Source: Candidatus Kapaibacterium sp. (GTDB lineage: Bacteria > Bacteroidota > Ignavibacteria > Kapaibacteriales > UBA2268). Taken from it: a stretch of DNA of 64,000 bases. How positions within the stretch are numbered: the first letter of the stretch is position 1; the number at the start of each line of letters is the position of its first letter. The stretch is taken from contig OY762428.1 in NCBI GenBank assembly GCA_963665665.1, forward strand, positions 864,001 through 928,000. Reading direction: 5' to 3'. Below are positions 59,352 to 64,000 of this stretch, piece by piece. A program made the position numbers and the translations under genes. Below the pieces are notes generated by a model. That model saw only the letters and a list, made by a program, of their open reading frames with translations. It did not search any database and had not been told where the DNA came from.

Positions 59352-59376
59352 ATTAAATATATCCTGCATGGAAAGA

Positions 59377-61509
59377 CTAATCGTCTTCTTCCTGTGATTT
59401 TTTGTATGCTTCGATAAGTTCCTGCTGAACATTTGCGGGAACAACCTGGTACTCGGCATATTTCTGAGTGTGAGTACCCTTTGCCTGTGTCATTGAACGC
59501 AGTGCTGTGGCATATTTATCAAGCTCTGCCAAAGGCATACGTGCGTTGATCTTCTGGTAGCGTCCTTCTGAATCGATACCAAGGATTACACCGCGGCGGC
59601 CCGGAAGGTCACTCATTACGTCGCCGACGAATTCTTCGGGAACTTTGATTGTTACGTCATATACCGGTTCAAGAATCTGAGGCTGTGCTTTTGTAAAGAT
59701 GTCTTTGAACACGTTACGTCCGGCTGTTTTAAAGGCGGCTTCGTTTGAATCTACCGGGTGCATTTTACCGTCGTAGATATACATCTTTATGTCGCGAACA
59801 TAAGAACCTGTAAGCGGGCCGATGTGCATTTTTTCCATAACACCCTTCATAATAGCAGGAAGGAAACGCTGGTCAATAACACCACCAACAATACAGTTAA
59901 CGTATTCAAGTTTTCCGCCCCATTCAAGTTCGATAAGGTCTTTGCCGCGAACATTGAAATCCGGGAAGTCTTTGCCGTCTTCAGTCCATGGTTCAATCAT
60001 CATGTGAACTTCTGCAAACTGGCCGGCGCCGCCGGACTGTTTTTTATGCCTGTATGAGCCTTTAATACCCTTCTGGATTGTTTCCCTGTAAGGAACGCGA
60101 GGTTCAGTATATTCGGCTTCTACTTTATAACGGTTTTCAAGACGCCATTTTGTAGATGAAAGATGAAGTTCGCCCTGTGCATAAACTATCATCTGGCGAA
60201 GTTCCTGTGAATGCTCAACCTGGAGCGAAGGATCTTCATTACAGATGCTGTGAATAGCCATACCAACTTTTTCTTCTTCCCCTTTTGTCTTAGGAACGAT
60301 TGCTACCCTTACCCTTGGTTCTGGATAAACGATCGGGCTGATTGTAATTCCTTTTCCTTTAACATGCAATGTATGGTTAACACCGGAGTTTTTCAGCTTA
60401 ACTGTAGCACCGATATCACCGGCATGAAGTTCTGCAACTTCTTCACGTTTTTTACCATTTGTAACGAAAAGCTGTCCGAATCTTTCTGGAGCGTTTTTCT
60501 GCTCGTTAACAAGGTCCATACTTGGTTTCATTACACCGGACATAACCTTGAAGAAAAGCATCTCGCCAGTCTGCTGTTCGGAAAGCATCTTGTACATGAA
60601 AAGTACAGGTGTTCCGGCAGAATCATAAGGAAATTCTTCTTCTTCAATAGTTTTTTCAGCAGGCATTTCCAGTGGTGAAGGTAAAAGTTTGACGATATTT
60701 TCCATAAGGGTTACACTGCCGACATTACCTTTGGAAGATGCGCAGAATACGGGGAACATCTGGCGGTTAAGAATTGCTATTTTCAGACCCTTGCTTACTT
60801 CTTCTTCTGTAAGTTCGCCTTCTTCGAAGAATTTGTTCATCAAATCTTCATCGGATTCAGCAACTGATTCCATCAATTCGTTATAAAGATTTTCAACTTT
60901 ATCTTTTTCACCGTCAGGAATATCAACTTTTTCAAATTTGTTAGAATCAGCAGTAAATTTATACATTGACTTTGTAAGGATATCGACTATTGAATCGAAT
61001 CCGTTACCTGCATTAATCGGGTACTGAAGAGCAACAGTATTATGTCCGAACCTGTCTTTTAGCTCGTCCATTGATTTATCGAAATCAGCCTGGTCAACAT
61101 CAAGCCTGTTAATAACAAAAGCAACAGGTTTATTATATTTTTGACAATATTCCCAGCCATTTTCAGTTCCAACTTCAATTCCATTATGAACATTTATACA
61201 TATTATTCCCGTATCGGCAATCCTCGTAGCTGAAGCTACCTCGCCGATGTAATCATCGAAACCGGGAGTATCAATAATATTAATTTTAGTATTATTATAT
61301 TCAGCATATAGAGGAGTACTTAAAACAGAACAATTACGTTCATGTTCAAGTTCGTAAAAGTCAGAAACAGTATTATTATCGTCAACTGTTCCGCGTCGGT
61401 TTATGTTTCCGGCCTGGTAAAGCATAGCTTCACCGAGTGTGGTTTTGCCCGAGCCGGCATGCCCCAGAAGAGCGACATTTCTAATGTTTTTCGACTCGTA
61501 AACTTTCAT
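59377..61509 (-). CDS. fusA2: Elongation factor G paralogue (EF-G2 / FusA2-like)
   Basis: Full EF-G domain layout (GHAGSGKTT, VPYRETI, KKQSGGAGQF, DGKMHPVDS, ILEP), but switch I RGITI is replaced by RNCSV, DTPGH by DTPGF and NKxD by NRLD; not in an rpsL-rpsG-tuf operon. Confidence 0.9.
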   Translation of the reverse strand: MKVYESKNIRNVALLGHAGSGKTTLGEAMLYQAGNINRRGTVDDNNTVSDFYELEHERNCSVLSTPLYAEYNNTKINIIDTPGFDDYIGEVASATRIADTGIICINVHNGIEVGTENGWEYCQKYNKPVAFVINRLDVDQADFDKSMDELKDRFGHNTVALQYPINAGNGFDSIVDILTKSMYKFTADSNKFEKVDIPDGEKDKVENLYNELMESVAESDEDLMNKFFEEGELTEEEVSKGLKIAILNRQMFPVFCASSKGNVGSVTLMENIVKLLPSPLEMPAEKTIEEEEFPYDSAGTPVLFMYKMLSEQQTGEMLFFKVMSGVMKPSMDLVNEQKNAPERFGQLFVTNGKKREEVAELHAGDIGATVKLKNSGVNHTLHVKGKGITISPIVYPEPRVRVAIVPKTKGEEEKVGMAIHSICNEDPSLQVEHSQELRQMIVYAQGELHLSSTKWRLENRYKVEAEYTEPRVPYRETIQKGIKGSYRHKKQSGGAGQFAEVHMMIEPWTEDGKDFPDFNVRGKDLIELEWGGKLEYVNCIVGGVIDQRFLPAIMKGVMEKMHIGPLTGSYVRDIKMYIYDGKMHPVDSNEAAFKTAGRNVFKDIFTKAQPQILEPVYDVTIKVPEEFVGDVMSDLPGRRGVILGIDSEGRYQKINARMPLAELDKYATALRSMTQAKGTHTQKYAEYQVVPANVQQELIEAYKKSQEEDD

Positions 61510-61688
61510 AAATTGGCTCCAAAAAATTCTATAGTATATAAATTACAATAAAACAACTATTTTACTTAAACAGAACTTCCAATATATTGAAATTTTTGCG
61601 TAAATTGAAAATATTTTTTAGAAATTTATTAAATTTATTATTTAATTAGATAATATATCGAACTGGATAATTTAAAATCAGGCAGGAT

Positions 61689-62984
61689 ATGAAGAAAAAA
61701 ACGTCAGATAAGAATAAGCAGAAAACTCACAGATTCAAATTAAATAACGGCCTTGAAGTTGTTATTGTTCCAATTGGCAAAGCACCCATTGTCAATATTA
61801 CAATGGCATATAAAGTTGGTTCGAAAGATGAAAAACCCGGAAAAACCGGCTTTGCACATCTGTTTGAACACTTGATGTTCGAAGGTACAAAAAATGTTGC
61901 CAAGGGCGGATTCGACGAGTACTGTTCCATGGCCGGGGGAACAAATAATGCTTATACAAGCTACGATCTGACTTCATACACGATGACACTTCCCGCTCAC
62001 CAGGTAGAGATGGGGCTATGGCTTGAATCCGACAGAATGTTCAACTTTGAAGTAACACCCGAAGCTCTTAAAAACCAAAAAGATGTGGTAACAGAGGAAA
62101 TCAGCCAGACTGTTGATAATCAGCCCTATGGTAAATGGAGGGAATTGCTTGCCGCAAGTGCTTTCTCGTCGGAATCGTCCTATTCCTGGGAAGTGCACGG
62201 CAGTAAGGAAGATGTGGCTGCAAGCGTAATCGAAGATGTTAAAGAATTTCACAAAATGTTCTACCGCCCGGATAATGCCTGCCTTACAATAAGTGGATCT
62301 GTTGATATTGACATCGTTAAGAACCTGATTGATAAATATTTTAACATAAGTATTGACTATAAAAACAAGCCGAAAAGAAATTTACACCTGCCTGAATACT
62401 GCCAAAAAGGAAGCTACTCATCCTTCAAAGATAATATTCCTTTCAATGCCGTTTTCGCAGCATTTCATTGCGATGGTTTCTTGTCGGAAAATATATACAA
62501 AGCCGATATTATCTCCAATATGCTGGGCGACGGAAAAAGTTCGGCTATATACAACGAACTTGTTTATAACAGGCAGATTGCATCGGCAGCAGGTTCCTTC
62601 ATGGATAAGAGAGAGCATAATTCTCTCCTGACTTTTTTTGCTATCGGTGCCAATGAAAATGTCAGTAACGATGAACTTTTTAACGGTTTAATGGATATAT
62701 TCGAAAAAATAATTCAAAACGGCCCGGATACCGATGTTTTCCTGAAATCCAGGAATCAGATAAGTACTTTCATAGCTTACGACCTGCAATACCTTGGCGG
62801 GCTCGGCGATCTTATCTCATCACGGACACTCTTCTTTGACGATCCGGAAAGTTCTTTCAACCTGATAGACAATTACCTGAATATTACTATCGATGACCTG
62901 AAGCAATACCTGAAAAATTTTAAGGGAAGAAATGAAGCAATACGGATTGATGCCACACCTGTCTGCAATGACAAAACCAATTAA
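61689..62984 (+). CDS. M16 family zinc peptidase (pitrilysin/insulinase-like subunit)
   Basis: L.NGL.V, YKVGSKDE.PGKTGFAHLFEHLMFEG (HxxEH), NAYTSYD, LESDRM, FYRPDNA. Confidence 0.93.
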   Translation: MKKKTSDKNKQKTHRFKLNNGLEVVIVPIGKAPIVNITMAYKVGSKDEKPGKTGFAHLFEHLMFEGTKNVAKGGFDEYCSMAGGTNNAYTSYDLTSYTMTLPAHQVEMGLWLESDRMFNFEVTPEALKNQKDVVTEEISQTVDNQPYGKWRELLAASAFSSESSYSWEVHGSKEDVAASVIEDVKEFHKMFYRPDNACLTISGSVDIDIVKNLIDKYFNISIDYKNKPKRNLHLPEYCQKGSYSSFKDNIPFNAVFAAFHCDGFLSENIYKADIISNMLGDGKSSAIYNELVYNRQIASAAGSFMDKREHNSLLTFFAIGANENVSNDELFNGLMDIFEKIIQNGPDTDVFLKSRNQISTFIAYDLQYLGGLGDLISSRTLFFDDPESSFNLIDNYLNITIDDLKQYLKNFKGRNEAIRIDATPVCNDKTN

Positions 62985-63002
62985 AATGACAAAACCAGTT
63001 AA
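62967..63002 (+). repeat. 18-bp tandem direct repeat spanning the M16 stop codon
   Basis: AATGACAAAACCAATTAA (62967-62984) then AATGACAAAACCAGTTAA (62985-63002), 17/18 identical. Confidence 0.8.
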
Positions 63003-63190
63003 TTAAAATAATCAACATTAAATTCTAATAATTATCGTTTTTGCTAAAAATATTCACGCTTTTGAGAATTACAGCTCATTGCATCTGCTTATTGAGTTGC
63101 TCTGGCAGCAGGTTTTAAACATTTTTCACTATGGCACAGAATTTAATACGATAGGTATGATTTAAAAATAATGACTTTGCAGAGGATAAA

Positions 63191-64000
63191 ATGAATAAGA
63201 ACGGAATAAAAGCATCTGACTTTATTAATGAGGACAGAATACAGGAATTGATAGCAAAATCAGTCAGCCCCGATAAAAAAAGAGTTGATGACATTTTGCA
63301 AAAAGCCATGGAACTAAAAGGGCTTGAAAAAGATGAAATTGCAGCATTGCTAAATATCGAGAATGAAGATCAGCTTCATAAATTGTTCGATACAGCGCTG
63401 AATATCAAAGAAGAAATATATGGTAACAGGCTTGTGCTGTTTGCTCCGCTATATATTTCAAACTACTGTTCGAATAATTGCCTTTACTGCGGCTTCAGGA
63501 TTGATAACGATAAAATTGAAAGAGTTTCACTTACCAAAGAAGAAATTGAAAATGAAACTCTCTCGATTCTGGAACAGGGCCATAAAAGGGTTCTCATGCT
63601 AATGGGGGAACATCATAAAGCTTGTACACTTGATGACTTTATTGAAGCTATAAATACTGTTTACAACGTTAAAGATTCAAAAGGTTCATCTATAAGAAGA
63701 ATAAATGTTGAAATTGCCCCTCTGACCTCCGAAGAATTTCAAAGGTTCAAAGATGTGAAAATCGGTACATATACAGTCTTCCAGGAAACATACCACAGGG
63801 AAACTTATAAATATATGCACCCTAAAGGCCCTAAGGCTGACTATGACTGGCGACTCGACACAATGGACAGAGCTTTGAAGAACGGGCTGCACGATGTGGG
63901 AATAGGCACATTATTCGGGCTGTATGATTACCGATTTGAAGTGCTGGCAATGATCGAACACGCAGAGCATCTTGACAGGGAATTTAATGTCGGGCCGCAT
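63191..64000 (+). CDS. hydG: [FeFe]-hydrogenase H-cluster radical SAM maturase HydG; truncated by the window edge
   Basis: Not in the ORF track. Manual translation from ATG 63191 (GAGGA RBS): IYGNRLVLFAPLYISNYCSNNCLYCGF (CxxxCxxC), GHKRV, IRRINVEIAP, FQETYHRETY..MHPKGPKADYDWR, DVGIGTLFGL, ending VGPH. Confidence 0.85.
   Translation, partial: MNKNGIKASDFINEDRIQELIAKSVSPDKKRVDDILQKAMELKGLEKDEIAALLNIENEDQLHKLFDTALNIKEEIYGNRLVLFAPLYISNYCSNNCLYCGFRIDNDKIERVSLTKEEIENETLSILEQGHKRVLMLMGEHHKACTLDDFIEAINTVYNVKDSKGSSIRRINVEIAPLTSEEFQRFKDVKIGTYTVFQETYHRETYKYMHPKGPKADYDWRLDTMDRALKNGLHDVGIGTLFGLYDYRFEVLAMIEHAEHLDREFNVGPH

Noticed and set aside
62967-63002. Direct repeat as a CRISPR remnant
   Set aside because: Only two abutting 18-bp copies, no spacer and no cas genes.
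2283-63892. The many short ORFs antisense or out of frame within long genes (e.g. 33918-34526, 25026-25481, 38194-38664, 60211-60678)
   Set aside because: They lie fully inside well-supported genes, have atypical composition and show no family motifs.
63191-64000. Calling the radical SAM protein ThiH
   Set aside because: Motifs GHKR, IRRINV, HP.GPK.DY and VGPH fit HydG better and no thi genes are adjacent; the diagnostic C-terminus is outside the window, so some doubt remains.

Overview
Ordinary chromosomal DNA from an AT-rich bacterium of the Bacteroidota/Chlorobi/Ignavibacteria group. The lineage is inferred from several type IX secretion (T9SS)-style C-terminal sorting domains and an EF-G2 paralogue; a Kapabacteria-like lineage is a guess. 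The window holds about 47 genes. Core and energy metabolism: aspartate aminotransferase-pckA, sucD-ndk, ppk2, fusA2-like EF-G2, and a [FeFe]-hydrogenase maturase hydG running off the right edge. Secreted and envelope proteins: an Ig/PKD-repeat giant, beta-propellers, C25, M13 and M16 peptidases, TamB, and glycosyltransferases. Signalling: two ECF sigma/anti-sigma pairs, two orphan histidine kinases, an orphan CheW, a class III cyclase-TPR protein, and a degenerate-GGDEF c-di-GMP receptor candidate. Accessory or conflict elements: an ABC-ATPase + TOPRIM-like (DUF4276) pair, an Rpn/PD-(D/E)XK nuclease, an orphan HigA, and a complete 1443-bp IS3-family element (54474-55916, GAT target duplication) that splits a lipoprotein gene which can be rebuilt exactly in frame. 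I saw no tRNA, rRNA or CRISPR array. The best leads for new biology are the ATPase-TOPRIM pair, an ECF operon led by a soluble TMEM260/DUF2723-like protein, a signal-peptide-bearing tautomerase/MIF-fold protein, a PelD-like receptor, an orphan UmuD-like protease lacking its self-cleavage site, and several unassigned structured intergenic elements. All family calls come from reading motifs by eye, not from database searches.
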